Assembly: GCA_963706445.1 (NCBI GenBank)
Contig: OY970160.1
Span: forward strand, 576,001-640,000
DNA from: an uncultured Nitrososphaerales archaeon
GTDB lineage: Archaea; Thermoproteota; Nitrososphaeria; Nitrososphaerales; Gagatemarchaeaceae
DNA: 64,000 nt
Direction: 5' to 3'
In this document: piece by piece, positions 47,007 through 56,826 of the stretch
Position numbering within the stretch: the stretch's first letter is position 1
Layout: each line of letters opens with the position of its first letter
Position numbers and translations under genes: made by a program
Notes under the pieces: model-generated
The model's input: the letters and a program-made list of their open reading frames with translations, nothing else
The model's database searches: none
Told to the model about the DNA's origin: nothing

Positions 47007-48435
47007 GCATATCCTTCGAAGGCGTTCCTCCTTCGACAAGGACACGATCGTACCCCATCGCCTTGAGCCTCCTCTTCCCTTCTTCGAGGCCCACTGTAGG
47101 GACCATAGACCCAATTTCCGTCTGGCTGAAGGGGTATTGGAACTCGAGTTCAGCAGGATAAGGCCCGATGATAGGGTGGAGCCGATAATAGTCTGCTCGT
47201 TCCTTCTTGTTCAGCCGGGACCCCCGCTCCATCGTCCCAGGGAGCAGGACAGCGGTCCCCTTCGATTTGGTAGCTGCTTCTGAAAGACGGGCGGCTGCCG
47301 TTGTAATTTCGGGCCTAGCCATGTCCCCTGCGCTCCGGACGAAGAGCCCCCTGTCCTTCATCGTCGGGGTGCCGAACGAAAGCTCGGGTCCAAGCCGCAC
47401 CAGCTCCAGGAATGCCTCCCTGAGCCTGGGGTGGGCCATCGACCTCTCTTCTACGAGGTCCCACAGCCTCCCTTCGGAGATCGCCTCCTTGCAGGCCTCA
47501 AGTTCTTCGTGCAGGATGAAGAGATTGTGGATGGAAAGGCGCTTAGTGCGTTCGTCATGCTCAAGCTCGAGGAGCTCTTTCACCGAAGTCCTACTGCAGA
47601 TCGGGCAGCTGCAGGGGAGGTATTTCATCGATTTCAGGGTGAGGACCCCGCTCCCGCTCATGTACCTCCCAGTCCGGGCGAATATCACGTAGCTGGCAGA
47701 GTCGAATGTATCGCATCCGAGGGCAACCACCAGGGCCATGGTGAGGGGGTGGCCAGCCCCGAAAAGGTGAAGTGGCATCGAATAAGGGATTGCACCCTTG
47801 GCCGAGCCTATCATCTTTACCAGTTCCGAAAACATATAGTTCTCCATCACCTGGACCGGGCTTCCAAGCGCCAGGAACTGGAAACCGGCGCCGACCAATG
47901 CCTTCGCCGACTTCCTGACAAGGTCACCGTAGAGACCGCCTTGGATTGGCCCGACCCAGCAGGTCTTCTCATCTCCGTACTCGGATAGGGTCGCCTTGGC
48001 ATTCTCCAGGCTGTATACCACCGTCTCCATTGCTACCTTCCTGGTCTGGGGGTACCCCGTGGGCCTGTCGAGCGTCACCGCGAGGTCCGAACCGATGCCT
48101 GCCTGGAAGGAAGCCACTTCCTTGTAGCCTATCTCCAGGTCCCCGTAGACTAGTACCTGATACCCTCCTGAGTCGGTGATGAACACCCCATCATAATCGA
48201 GCATCGAATGGATTCCCTTCTCTAGGGCCTCTTGCTTGCGCCTGGAGTGAATGATGTACGAGTTGGTCATCAATCCCCCGAAGCCCATGGCCTTCAACTC
48301 GGAGACAGGGACCTGTTGGTTGACAGGGTGGATGACGGGGAACATGTAGGGGGTCTCGAGGGTTCTTCCCCCGACCTTCAGGGTGCCCACTCGTCCGAGG
48401 AGGTCGGATTCTTTGACCTCGAAGGAGAAGTCCAT
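46939..48435 (-). CDS. tgtA: archaeosine tRNA-guanine(15) transglycosylase, lacking the PUA domain
   Basis: TDSGGYQ, PIQGG, HLFGAGHP, DTFDSASY and CSCPIC motifs. Confidence 0.95.
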   Translation of the reverse strand: MDFSFEVKESDLLGRVGTLKVGGRTLETPYMFPVIHPVNQQVPVSELKAMGFGGLMTNSYIIHSRRKQEALEKGIHSMLDYDGVFITDSGGYQVLVYGDLEIGYKEVASFQAGIGSDLAVTLDRPTGYPQTRKVAMETVVYSLENAKATLSEYGDEKTCWVGPIQGGLYGDLVRKSAKALVGAGFQFLALGSPVQVMENYMFSELVKMIGSAKGAIPYSMPLHLFGAGHPLTMALVVALGCDTFDSASYVIFARTGRYMSGSGVLTLKSMKYLPCSCPICSRTSVKELLELEHDERTKRLSIHNLFILHEELEACKEAISEGRLWDLVEERSMAHPRLREAFLELVRLGPELSFGTPTMKDRGLFVRSAGDMARPEITTAAARLSEAATKSKGTAVLLPGTMERGSRLNKKERADYYRLHPIIGPYPAELEFQYPFSQTEIGSMVPTVGLEEGKRRLKAMGYDRVLVEGGTPSKDMPRSRRNRWGASPSPRSSSSHSR

Positions 48436-48482
48436 CTGCGCGCCGGTCAAGGGTTCGGCGCTATAAGGTCTGGGAGATTCTA

Positions 48483-48764
48483 TTGCCGCCGGGAGATGAT
48501 GAGCCTCGACTTTGGAGCGGCCACGATAGTCCCGTGGACACTACGCACTTCAAATTCGAGTTAGAAACCCTCAGGGGCCATCTCGCTCCGGAATCAGTCG
48601 TAGTCGCAGACAACTCTGACCTAGAAGTTTTTTCTGATTTTGCGGAGTCGCTGGGTTCAACCCTGACTCGAAGAAAGAAGTCGAGCCTCGCGGGATTCCG
48701 GGTCAGGGGTCCGACGTTGCCCTTCACGGAGGCCGCAAAAACCGATAGTTTGGGAATAGACTAA
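48483..48764 (+). pseudogene. C-terminal remnant of a class I SAM methyltransferase (Methyltransf_24-like)
   Basis: HDS....HFKFELE....HL....VVVADN is present; no N-terminal SAM-binding motif. Confidence 0.45.
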
Positions 48765-48801
48765 TTTAGCCCCCCTTGCAAACTCTCATGGGAGACTGGC
48801 A

Positions 48802-49542
48802 ATGAGCAGGGTGGCGGACGTTAAGACCCGAATTTCCTCGGTGGAACTGTTAGCTACTTTGAAGAAGAGCTACAGCTACAGGGAACTGTCGGCCGTGCTC
48901 GGGCTCTCGGCGCCTATCCTAAGCAGATATGTCCGCGGCCACGTATTGCCCAGCGCAACCCGGTCTGAGAAGTTCATCGCCACATTCAGGGAGAAGCTCC
49001 TGAGGCAGATGATCATGGACTCGGTCAGGGTCACCCAAGACGGTTCCTATGACATCAGTGCCGTGGTGTCGAACGTCGGGCTGCTTAGGCAGATCGCGAA
49101 GGTTGTGTACAGTGAGTTCAGTCTAGTCCCAGTAGACAGGGTCGTGACCATGGAGGTCGACGGAGTCCCGCTGGCGGCCGAGGTCGCGGGTGAGTTCAAT
49201 GTCAATCTGGCTGTGGTAAGAGCGGAGAGAGACCTCGGAGTAGAGGAATTCGTGGAGCAGAAGGCTGTCTATTCGCCGTCATCCGTGAAGTATCTCTATC
49301 TCCCGAAATCGGCCATCAGGAAGGGGGAACGGCTGCTCATCGTTGACGACATGGTAAGGTCAGGGACAACCATAGAAGCACTCACGCGGATAGCCGAGAA
49401 GGCGCGTGCCAAGATAGTGGGTGTGTTTGCGATAGCCTCCGTCGACCAGTCGATGCCCAAGCTAAAGAGCAGGCTCGGGTTGACCTGCCCCATCGAGTCT
49501 CTCGTGACCCTCGAGCAGAAGCAGAGGCGCTACAACTACTAG
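48802..49542 (+). CDS. HTH + phosphoribosyltransferase (PurR-like regulator)
   Basis: N-terminal HTH (YRELSAVLGLSAPILSRYVRG) and the PRPP motif LIVDDMVRSGTT. Confidence 0.88.
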   Translation: MSRVADVKTRISSVELLATLKKSYSYRELSAVLGLSAPILSRYVRGHVLPSATRSEKFIATFREKLLRQMIMDSVRVTQDGSYDISAVVSNVGLLRQIAKVVYSEFSLVPVDRVVTMEVDGVPLAAEVAGEFNVNLAVVRAERDLGVEEFVEQKAVYSPSSVKYLYLPKSAIRKGERLLIVDDMVRSGTTIEALTRIAEKARAKIVGVFAIASVDQSMPKLKSRLGLTCPIESLVTLEQKQRRYNY

Positions 49543-49551
49543 GTCGAGAGA

Positions 49552-50412
49552 TTGCCTGAAATCAAGATAGACGCCGAGTTCGTCTCCAGGGTCATCCCTC
49601 CTCGGAGGAGGGACTCCCACAAGAGGATGAACGGAACTGTCTGCGTCGTCGGGGGGAGCAGGCTCTACCACGGAGCGCCTTTCCTCTGCGCCGAGGGGGC
49701 CATGCGGTCCGGGGTCGACCTCGTCTTCATCGCCGTCCCCGCATCGATCGCGACCCCAATCCGAGCACTCTCTCCCGATTTCATCGTGGTCCCCCTTCCT
49801 GATTCGAAGCTCACCCGGGGGAACGTATCGAAGCTGATGGCATGGGTGCCTGAGGTAGACACCTTCGCCGTCGGTCCGGGGTTAGGGCCTCAGAAACCGG
49901 AGTCGGTGGCCCAGGCGCTTAACCAGATGAAGGGAGAGGGCAGGTCCCTTGTGGTCGACGCGGACGCATTACGGCCGCAGATACTCCCATCCCTTAGAAA
50001 GACCAGTTCGGTCGTGACTCCCCACGCCAGGGAGTTCGAGCGCCTCTTTGGCGAGAAATTGCCTGACGATCTTAGTGGCAGAGTCAGCATCGTTTCAGAA
50101 AAGGCGAAGGAAGCTGGGGTGATAGTTTTGTTGAAAGGGCCCACCGACATCATCTCTGACGGGTCTAGCGTCGGGCTCAACGACATCCACTCGCCAGCGA
50201 TGACAGTCGGCGGTACGGGGGACGTCCTGACGGGGATAACGGCAGGGCTCCTCGCCAAGAAGGTGGCCCCCTTTGAGGCTGCTTGTGCTGCAGCGTATGT
50301 TAACGGCTCCGCCGGCGTGGAGGCGGCGAAGCAGTTTGGAATGCACATCACGGCTTCAGACGTTGCAAGCAACATCGCAATCGTCATGAAGAGGTTCGAC
50401 GCCCTGAACTAG
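49552..50412 (+). CDS. nnrD: ADP-dependent NAD(P)H-hydrate dehydratase
   Basis: HK..NG.V.VVGGS..YHGAP, GPGLG, DADAL, TPH..EF and GGTGDVL motifs. Confidence 0.94.
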   Translation: MPEIKIDAEFVSRVIPPRRRDSHKRMNGTVCVVGGSRLYHGAPFLCAEGAMRSGVDLVFIAVPASIATPIRALSPDFIVVPLPDSKLTRGNVSKLMAWVPEVDTFAVGPGLGPQKPESVAQALNQMKGEGRSLVVDADALRPQILPSLRKTSSVVTPHAREFERLFGEKLPDDLSGRVSIVSEKAKEAGVIVLLKGPTDIISDGSSVGLNDIHSPAMTVGGTGDVLTGITAGLLAKKVAPFEAACAAAYVNGSAGVEAAKQFGMHITASDVASNIAIVMKRFDALN

Positions 50413-50432
50413 CAATCTGAGTCTGCCGGAGT

Positions 50433-50657
50433 ATGCTCAGGCAACCTCCCGTCCTGGAGTTCAACGCCAAGGACATCGAGGTCGAGTACAGGATACTGGT
50501 GAAGGCACCCCCAGTACCCATCTCCAGCCTGGAGCCGAAGGCCAAGAAGAAGATCGACGAGAAGAAAGGGAAAGCCAATGAGAAGACCGGAGAGGCAGAG
50601 GAAGGCGACGGCAAGTCGAACTACAAGCCTCCTTATTCGGAAAAGGGAGCAACATAA
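50433..50657 (+). CDS. small hypothetical protein
   Basis: Host-like codon usage, co-oriented within the gene run. Confidence 0.55.
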   Translation: MLRQPPVLEFNAKDIEVEYRILVKAPPVPISSLEPKAKKKIDEKKGKANEKTGEAEEGDGKSNYKPPYSEKGAT

Positions 50658-50723
50658 CTAGAAACTCTCGGTATCGACAGCCCGCCAAAGCGATAAGAAC
50701 GCCAGCGTGGGCATTACAAAGGG

Positions 50724-51410
50724 TTGGACCATAGAAGGCCAGGCCTCCAGAACAAGTGGGCTTACATCGTGAACTCCCTCCAGCAGATCCTCCCCTCCTA
50801 CGAGCTCGCTTCCAGCAGGATTTCACTCTTCGAGGACCGAAGGATGCGGGAGGAGGCAGTTGCTTTCGCTTCCAGGCCGGGAGGGCTCGTCCTCGATTTC
50901 GGCTCAGGACCAGGAACAATGTCTCGCGTTGTGGACAAGGCCCGGGGTAATCCCATTCTTCTAGACGCTTCCAAGATAATGCTGAAAGCCTCGGGCTTTC
51001 CCAACGCAGTCCAGGCGGTTTTCGAGTATCTGCCTTTCAGGGTCGGGGTATTCGACTCTGCCGTATCTGGATTTGCAGTAAGGGATGCTCACGACCTGCC
51101 GTTGGCCCTAGCCCAACTGAGCAGGGTGCTCAAGCCCGGGGCGCGCTTTGCCATTGCTGACCTTGGTAAGCCCGATGACGCACTTCGAGACGTTGCCGTA
51201 GCATTCTATATGAGGACCGTCCCCGCCATAATAGGACTCGCCACTGCAGGGAGGGTCGGCCTCCGATACGGCTCACTCTATGACACCTATCTGCTCGTCC
51301 TGCATAATTCCCAACTCGCAGATCTTTTGGCCAGGGTCATTGGTCCGACGGAGGTCCACGAGACCCAACTCGGAGGCGCTATCGTCGTAAAGTGCACCAA
51401 GAGGAGCTAA
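50724..51410 (+). CDS. UbiE/MenG-like methyltransferase
   Basis: VLDFGSGPG, LPFR...FD, F.VRD and RVLKPG motifs. Confidence 0.85.
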   Translation: MDHRRPGLQNKWAYIVNSLQQILPSYELASSRISLFEDRRMREEAVAFASRPGGLVLDFGSGPGTMSRVVDKARGNPILLDASKIMLKASGFPNAVQAVFEYLPFRVGVFDSAVSGFAVRDAHDLPLALAQLSRVLKPGARFAIADLGKPDDALRDVAVAFYMRTVPAIIGLATAGRVGLRYGSLYDTYLLVLHNSQLADLLARVIGPTEVHETQLGGAIVVKCTKRS

Positions 51411-51495
51411 GGCGTTTACAATCTAGGTTTCATGACTGTGGGGACGTTTCCGTTCCATCAGTTGTGCCCCGGATCCTTGCCCGTGAAAGAGCACA

Positions 51496-52452
51496 TCAAA
51501 CCCTGCTGGCGAGCTCTTCGAGCATCTCGTCCGCTCTTGAGGTCGGGACTCTGCACCCTGCAGCCCTCTGGTGGCCCCCGCCGCTCCCTCCGAGCTTGGC
51601 GGCGATACTTGCAATCGCCCTCCCCAGGTGGACTCTGCAATCAGAGGTCGACCGTAGGCTGACCTCGTAGTACCCCTTCTGCTTCTCCTTCAAGGCTACC
51701 CCTACGCGGACGTCGAAGGCCCCCAGGAGGAGCTTCGAAACGATACTGGTGGAGTACCCCGACATGAACATGAAGGCCAGGTGTCCCTTCTTCTTCCCAC
51801 CGGCCCTCACTTCCTTCTCCAGGGACTCCTCCTTCCCAAGCTGCCTGACTGCCGCCTCTGCGATTCCCTCTATCTCGTGAGGCCGTTTCAATCTCGACAG
51901 CTCTTGGACGATCATCTCCGGGAAGCCGTCTTCCTCAGACCTGTCGCCCAGAGCGAGCGAAAGCATTGTCGCTTCAAGAAGCACGGAGTGCCTTTCCGTC
52001 TTTTCCATCATCTTCTTTGCCAGTGGGGAGTTGTCCATGTAATCCGTGACCGCGCCGTAGAGGGCGTTCAGCATGGCTGCCTCGGGGAGGACGTCCTTGA
52101 AGGTCTTGTACGTCAGTATGCTTGCACATTCACTCGTTTCGTGGACGACCTCTATGCCGAGCTTCCTGAGCTTTCTCTTGGCCGGCTCAGACATGTAATG
52201 GTGGTCGATGTACGTTACTCTAGCGTTCTTCGACAGCCTCTCCATCTCCTTCAGGAAGTCGGGGAAGTCAGCGGTGTCCGCCCCCAGGTCGCTGAGGACT
52301 ACCCTCTCGGCATCACTGGGGATGCTCCTCAGGTTGTCGACGAGATTGTCATAATCGGATAGGATGATCTTCCCCCCGGTCGCGGCTACCGAAAGGGAAC
52401 CTGACCCTAGGCCGTCAATGTCTTTTCTGTGCGAAAGGCAGTAAGCCCTCAT
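51496..52452 (-). CDS. DHH/DHHA1 phosphoesterase
   Basis: H..DIDG, SD, IDHH, SLRS and GGGH..AAG motifs. Confidence 0.9.
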   Translation of the reverse strand: MRAYCLSHRKDIDGLGSGSLSVAATGGKIILSDYDNLVDNLRSIPSDAERVVLSDLGADTADFPDFLKEMERLSKNARVTYIDHHYMSEPAKRKLRKLGIEVVHETSECASILTYKTFKDVLPEAAMLNALYGAVTDYMDNSPLAKKMMEKTERHSVLLEATMLSLALGDRSEEDGFPEMIVQELSRLKRPHEIEGIAEAAVRQLGKEESLEKEVRAGGKKKGHLAFMFMSGYSTSIVSKLLLGAFDVRVGVALKEKQKGYYEVSLRSTSDCRVHLGRAIASIAAKLGGSGGGHQRAAGCRVPTSRADEMLEELASRV

Positions 52453-52569
52453 TGGGCCATTGTTCCGAATCCTGCCCATTTAACGGATTTTGAGAGTGGC
52501 CAGGACTCCGACCGGTCATCTGCCCACGATGGATTTATCGTTAGGCAGATTGCACCTACTGGAAGCGCA

Positions 52570-53071
52570 TTGTCTAGAGAGGAGAGAAGGTTGGCCGCGA
52601 TCATGTTCACCGACATGGTCGGGTACACCGCTCTCACCCAGACTGACGAGTCAAGGGCAATGCAGGTCCTTGAGAGACAGAATGGGATTGTGAGACCGAT
52701 CATCTTGAAGCATCAAGGCAATGAAGTGAAGTCGATTGGGGACTCTTTCCTCGTCGAGTTTGAAAGTGCCCTTGAAGCGCTTCGCTGCGCCGCGGAGATA
52801 CAGAGTCGCCTCCACGACTACAACGTATCAGCGGGCAATGAATGGAAGATTCGAATTAGAATAGGCATCCACCTCGGAGATGTGATCCACCGGGACAAAG
52901 ACGTCTTTGGCGACGCAGTGAACATCTCTTCTAGGATTGAGCCCTTTGCAGGCCCAGAGGGTGTGTGTATCTCGAGGCAGGTGTTCGATCAAGTCTGACC
53001 CGATGCTTGCAAAGCTTAGGGAAGACCCTCGCTTCTCCGAGTTTTGCAGGAAGGTTGGGCTTCCCACGTAG
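52570..53071 (+). pseudogene. class III adenylate cyclase-TPR gene collapsed by internal deletion
   Basis: AIMFTDMVGYT, KSIGD and GDAVNISSRI, with a stop at 52998. Out-of-frame tail SDPMLAKLREDPRFSEFCRKVGLPT*. Confidence 0.8.
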
Positions 53072-53085
53072 CGAATGATCCAAGA

Positions 53086-53553
53086 TCAGCTGACCTGTCC
53101 GCTTCCAAGGGTTGTCCCTTGCTGGGCGAGCACGCTTCTTCTCCAAATGAAGTACGATAGAGGCGCCCGAATTGCCGCCCAGATAGAGGGAAGCACCAGG
53201 ACATAGAGCAGTAGTTGGAACCCTAGTCCGAGGCTGGACCCATTGACTTCTACTGCCAAGTTCCCCCCATTGGTGGCCAGCCAGATGTACACTACGCTCA
53301 GCAGGGCTGCTCCAGAAATGAAGGGAACGGCAATCGCTTTCCCCTGGTAGAAAGCCGCACTGACGTCCAGTATGATGAACATGGCCCCGAATTCATAGAC
53401 GAATGTCGGGACCGTGAGGGCGCTCTGAGGAGCTATGGATACCAGAAGGGTCCCGAGATAGTAAGGAATGACTATCCAGAAGATGACGTTTACCACGAGC
53501 GCCCAGACTGCGCTTCTGATCCTCTTCTTCATCGGGACATGGGGCGCGTACAT
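53086..53553 (-). CDS. 4-TM membrane protein
   Basis: Hydrophobic helices; abuts the upstream gene. Confidence 0.7.
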   Translation of the reverse strand: MYAPHVPMKKRIRSAVWALVVNVIFWIVIPYYLGTLLVSIAPQSALTVPTFVYEFGAMFIILDVSAAFYQGKAIAVPFISGAALLSVVYIWLATNGGNLAVEVNGSSLGLGFQLLLYVLVLPSIWAAIRAPLSYFIWRRSVLAQQGTTLGSGQVS

Positions 53554-54036
53554 CTAGCTGACTCCCGCGTCTACGAACCCGCTGAAGTCTGTGCCGATGT
53601 CTAGGCTGACAAAGGGAGACATCGAAATGTCCACGGTCCCGTTGATCCGATGGTCGCCAAAGCTCTCGTATACTGGTAAGTTTGAAACGAACATTGTGAA
53701 TTGGAGCACATCAGTCTGACCGGCAGGTACGCTGACCCCCGAGGTCTGACAGACGACGACGGAGTTCGGGTATGTGCACCCCATCGTGACGTTGAGGGTG
53801 AATAGACCGGCGTTGGCGACGGTTATGTTGATCGAAATAATCTCCCCTGACCCTTGCGGGACAGCCGTGCCAGTGACGGGGCGGGAACCACCAGAGAGCT
53901 CTGCACGAAGGGCTGTGTAATCTTCGTAGGCCGAATATATGACTGTCCCGACGACGAGTATGACTACAAGCGCGATGGCGATTGTAACTCCCCTCAGAGA
54001 CCAGATTCCTCTGGGTGTCTTGGGCTTCACCTGCAC
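53554..54036 (-). CDS. membrane-anchored Ig-like hypothetical protein
   Basis: N-terminal TM followed by a beta-rich domain. Confidence 0.7.
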   Translation of the reverse strand: MQVKPKTPRGIWSLRGVTIAIALVVILVVGTVIYSAYEDYTALRAELSGGSRPVTGTAVPQGSGEIISINITVANAGLFTLNVTMGCTYPNSVVVCQTSGVSVPAGQTDVLQFTMFVSNLPVYESFGDHRINGTVDISMSPFVSLDIGTDFSGFVDAGVS

Positions 54037-54068
54037 GTTTGCGGAAGGGCGATAATCAGTTAATTAAT

Positions 54069-54980
54069 TCATGGGTCGGGTCCGATCCTGACGATCGTCT
54101 TCCCCTTCGCCTGGTCGAACCAGGCTCTCCCCATGGCCCCAGTGTTGTAGGATGCGCCGAGCCTCCCCTTCAGGTCGACAGTGATTATCCCGGCCGTGTT
54201 CCGTCCCCTGGTTCTGGAGATGTACCCAATCGCACGGCTGGCTGCGGCCTTTGCATCGTGGTCTTTCATCAGCTCGCATGCTCGCATTGAGAGGGCGACC
54301 CTGATTATCTCCTCCCCCATCCCCGTCGCGCAGGCGGCCCCTGATTTCCTGTCAGCGAATATCCCAGCGCCGAGCACCGCCGAGTCTCCCACCCTTCCCG
54401 GGAGTTTCATCCATCTTCCTCCTGTGCTCACAGCCGCGGCAGGGATTCCGTCCGACCCCAGTGCGACCGCTCCGACCGTGTCTCCAGTCCTGAACCTGCG
54501 CACTAGCCTGAGCTGCCCTGCGAACTTCGGGTCTTTCTTCATCTGAGCGAACCGCTTCCTTGAGGCTTCAGATGCGACCGGCCTTTCGAGGTCGAGTCCC
54601 GCGAGTCTGACGTAGTCTCTGCACCTATCCCCCACGATGAGCACATGGTCCGTGTTTTCCATTATCCATCTGGCGAGTGACACTGCCTGGTAGGTGCATG
54701 TGACCGCCCCGACCCCCGCGCCAGCCAATCCATCCCCTGACATTATGGCCGCGTCAAGTTCCACGCTACCCTCTACCGTTAGGCACGCCCCTCTGCCGCA
54801 GTTGAACAGCCCCGATTCCTCCATATAGGATACGGCGGCGACAGCCCCGTCGATCGCTGAGCCGCTCTTCATTGTTGCCAGCGCGGCCCCTACCGCCTCG
54901 ACCAGCCCGAAGGAGCGCCTATCGTTCTTTCCGTATCTGCCACTCCCTGCTCCTCCGTGGACGATGATTGATGGTTTCAG
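54069..54980 (-). CDS. iaaA: isoaspartyl peptidase/L-asparaginase (Ntn hydrolase); CTG start
   Basis: IIVHGGAG lies upstream of the track start. DTVGAVA, STGG, GRVGDS and ATG.GE motifs. Confidence 0.92.
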   Translation of the reverse strand: MKPSIIVHGGAGSGRYGKNDRRSFGLVEAVGAALATMKSGSAIDGAVAAVSYMEESGLFNCGRGACLTVEGSVELDAAIMSGDGLAGAGVGAVTCTYQAVSLARWIMENTDHVLIVGDRCRDYVRLAGLDLERPVASEASRKRFAQMKKDPKFAGQLRLVRRFRTGDTVGAVALGSDGIPAAAVSTGGRWMKLPGRVGDSAVLGAGIFADRKSGAACATGMGEEIIRVALSMRACELMKDHDAKAAASRAIGYISRTRGRNTAGIITVDLKGRLGASYNTGAMGRAWFDQAKGKTIVRIGPDP

Positions 54981-55020
54981 AAGATTCTCTCCCGCTCCAA
55001 ATTGTTCAAACCTATGAAAA

Positions 55021-55056
55021 CTTTAATATTACAATTTGTATGACGACCTGTAAGAC
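55021..55056 (+). promoter_or_regulatory. TATA box and operator of the vapBC pair
   Basis: TTTAATA followed by the palindrome TACAA-T-TTGTA (55030-55040) and the direct repeat TGTAwGAC. Confidence 0.5.
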
Positions 55057-55275
55057 ATGCCGACTCTAAGCGTACGAATCACCGAGGAAGAGAGAAAGAA
55101 GCTGCTCCAATATGGACCTCTTTCGAATACCGTCAGAAGGGCGCTGGAACAGTATCTAAAAGACGAGGAGAGAAGAAGATTCTTACAGGAGCTCAAGGAG
55201 TTCCAGGCAGCCCACCCGGTCAAGGTCGACCCCGACGAAATAGTCAGGATAATCCGAGAAGGGCGAGAGCACTGA
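55057..55275 (+). CDS. vapB: RHH-type antitoxin
   Basis: TLSVRI beta strand and VRRALEQYL; C-terminal IVRIIREGRE; upstream of a PIN gene. Confidence 0.8.
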   Translation: MPTLSVRITEEERKKLLQYGPLSNTVRRALEQYLKDEERRRFLQELKEFQAAHPVKVDPDEIVRIIREGREH

Positions 55276-55697
55276 TCGTCGCAGACAGCAGCCATATTGT
55301 TGAGGGCCTGCTTCAAGGACAGGAGCAGTTCCAGTCGGAGAGGTTCCTTGCCCCAGACCTAGTGGTCCTCGAGGTGGCCAACACATTGTTCGTCCAACAC
55401 AATGTCCTGCATAACATTTCAGACGGTCTCCCATACCTTGACCGGCTCTTCAGAGCAATTGAATCGGGCTCCCTTACACTCGTGCCGGTCACCGAGGAAC
55501 TTGCCTTAGCTGCCTACGAAATAGCTGCTGGCAACGCCGCGGCGGTGTACGATTGCATCTTCGTCGCATTGGCCCTCCAAAGAGAAATGCAACTGAAGAC
55601 ACGCGATAGAAAGCAAGCTCAGATTCTTGAGCTCGAGAGGCGAAGGCGCTTTGCTTCTAGACACCCTGAAGACAGGACTGGGGGGGCGAATGATTAG
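55272..55697 (+). CDS. vapC: PIN-domain toxin; CTG start overlapping the antitoxin stop
   Basis: IVADSS...APDLVVLEVAN...VYDCIFVALA...TRD motifs. Confidence 0.88.
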   Translation: MIVADSSHIVEGLLQGQEQFQSERFLAPDLVVLEVANTLFVQHNVLHNISDGLPYLDRLFRAIESGSLTLVPVTEELALAAYEIAAGNAAAVYDCIFVALALQREMQLKTRDRKQAQILELERRRRFASRHPEDRTGGAND

Positions 55698-56088
55698 CGT
55701 CCCCAAGGGGTTGCTCCGCCTGGCGGCCCTTAAGATGCTCTCCGAATCGTCACTCTCGGGGGCAGACCTCGCAGCGCAGATTAGACGAGCCACTTTAGGC
55801 GAATGGAATCCAGGTCCGGGCTCAATCTACCTGATCCTCGGGGAACTACTGAAGAAGGGACTCATCACCGAGCTTCCGAAGAGGGAGGGGAACATGAGGA
55901 GATACATCGTCTCGGCCAAGGGGAAGCAGGAGCTCACAAAACTCACCAAGGCGACCGAGTCGGACGTTGCCAGGCAGCTGAGGCTACTCGCCGTCTACTC
56001 TGCACTTGCAGGCAGGAACGAGTTGAAAGCCAGAGTCCTCGCCCTCGCGGACGGCCTTGTCCAAAAACCTCAACCTGACAATGCCTAA
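55690..56088 (+). CDS. PadR-family transcriptional regulator
   Basis: PKGLLR...L, W.PGPGSIY..L..L...G and Y..S.KG motifs. Confidence 0.9.
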   Translation: MISVPKGLLRLAALKMLSESSLSGADLAAQIRRATLGEWNPGPGSIYLILGELLKKGLITELPKREGNMRRYIVSAKGKQELTKLTKATESDVARQLRLLAVYSALAGRNELKARVLALADGLVQKPQPDNA

Positions 56089-56115
56089 GCCTGAATCAGC
56101 CCTCGGCCGGAACGA

Positions 56116-56483
56116 ATGCCTGATAGGCCCAACACAGTAGAAGAAACAGGCATAGAGCACATAGCTGAGGGCGCAAGGCACGGCTCCCCAGGCCGTGTCT
56201 TCACGTTGTGGTTCGCAGCCAACCTTACGGTCGCTGACTACGTCATCGGGGTCCTCTCTGTTCAAACCTTTGGCCTGACCGGTCTGCAGGCCATCCCTGT
56301 CCCTCCTGGCGGCGAACGTCCTCGGAGGCGTGCTGCTTGGGCTGTCGGCTGCCATGGGTCCCTGCGCTTAACCTTGGTTTCCCCTTCAGTTCCCTGGCAA
56401 GTTACTTCGGCGAGGCGGACTTCAGCTACTTCATCTCTTTCATGATTGCTTGCGTCCTGACATTCCTGTTTCGCCGGTCGTAG
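56116..56483 (+). pseudogene. purine-cytosine permease (NCS1) remnant
   Basis: VEETGIEHI...RHG...FTLWFAAN; +1 frameshift near 56302; then jumps to the C-terminal ADFSYFISF...RRS*. Confidence 0.8.
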
Positions 56484-56559
56484 CGACCTGGCCTGCGCCG
56501 GAGGCATCTCGAGTGCGCAAAGGTCAGACTTTTATCTTGATTCAACGAGCGTCCGTTTT

Positions 56560-56826
56560 GTGTCCCTGGAGACCAAGTTCAAAGTCAACATCTATCCTTC
56601 CGCGAAGCCGAAAAGGGTCCCGAAAGCGGTGTCGGAACAGCTCAAGGGTGCTGCGAGCGCCAAGGCCATCTCAAGGATGAAGAAGGAAAGCGTCGACTGC
56701 CCGGTCGTCAAGAAGGAGGTCGCTTTTCTAGTCTGCTTCGCCTGTCCGTCGTTCCTCAGGAGAGTCTCCGGAGTGGTGGACTGCGCCGGGGGACAAGGTC
56801 CTCCCGATGACTGGCTGATTGGCTAG
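56560..56826 (+). CDS. small Cys-rich archaeal hypothetical protein
   Basis: DCPV...FLVCFACPSFLRRVSGVVDC; likely metal-binding. Confidence 0.75.
   Translation: MSLETKFKVNIYPSAKPKRVPKAVSEQLKGAASAKAISRMKKESVDCPVVKKEVAFLVCFACPSFLRRVSGVVDCAGGQGPPDDWLIG

Noticed and set aside
24412-52998. Complete Pycsar system from the PycTM-like gene plus the cyclase at 52.6 kb
   Set aside because: The genes are about 27 kb apart, and the cyclase is truncated and has adenylate-type specificity residues.
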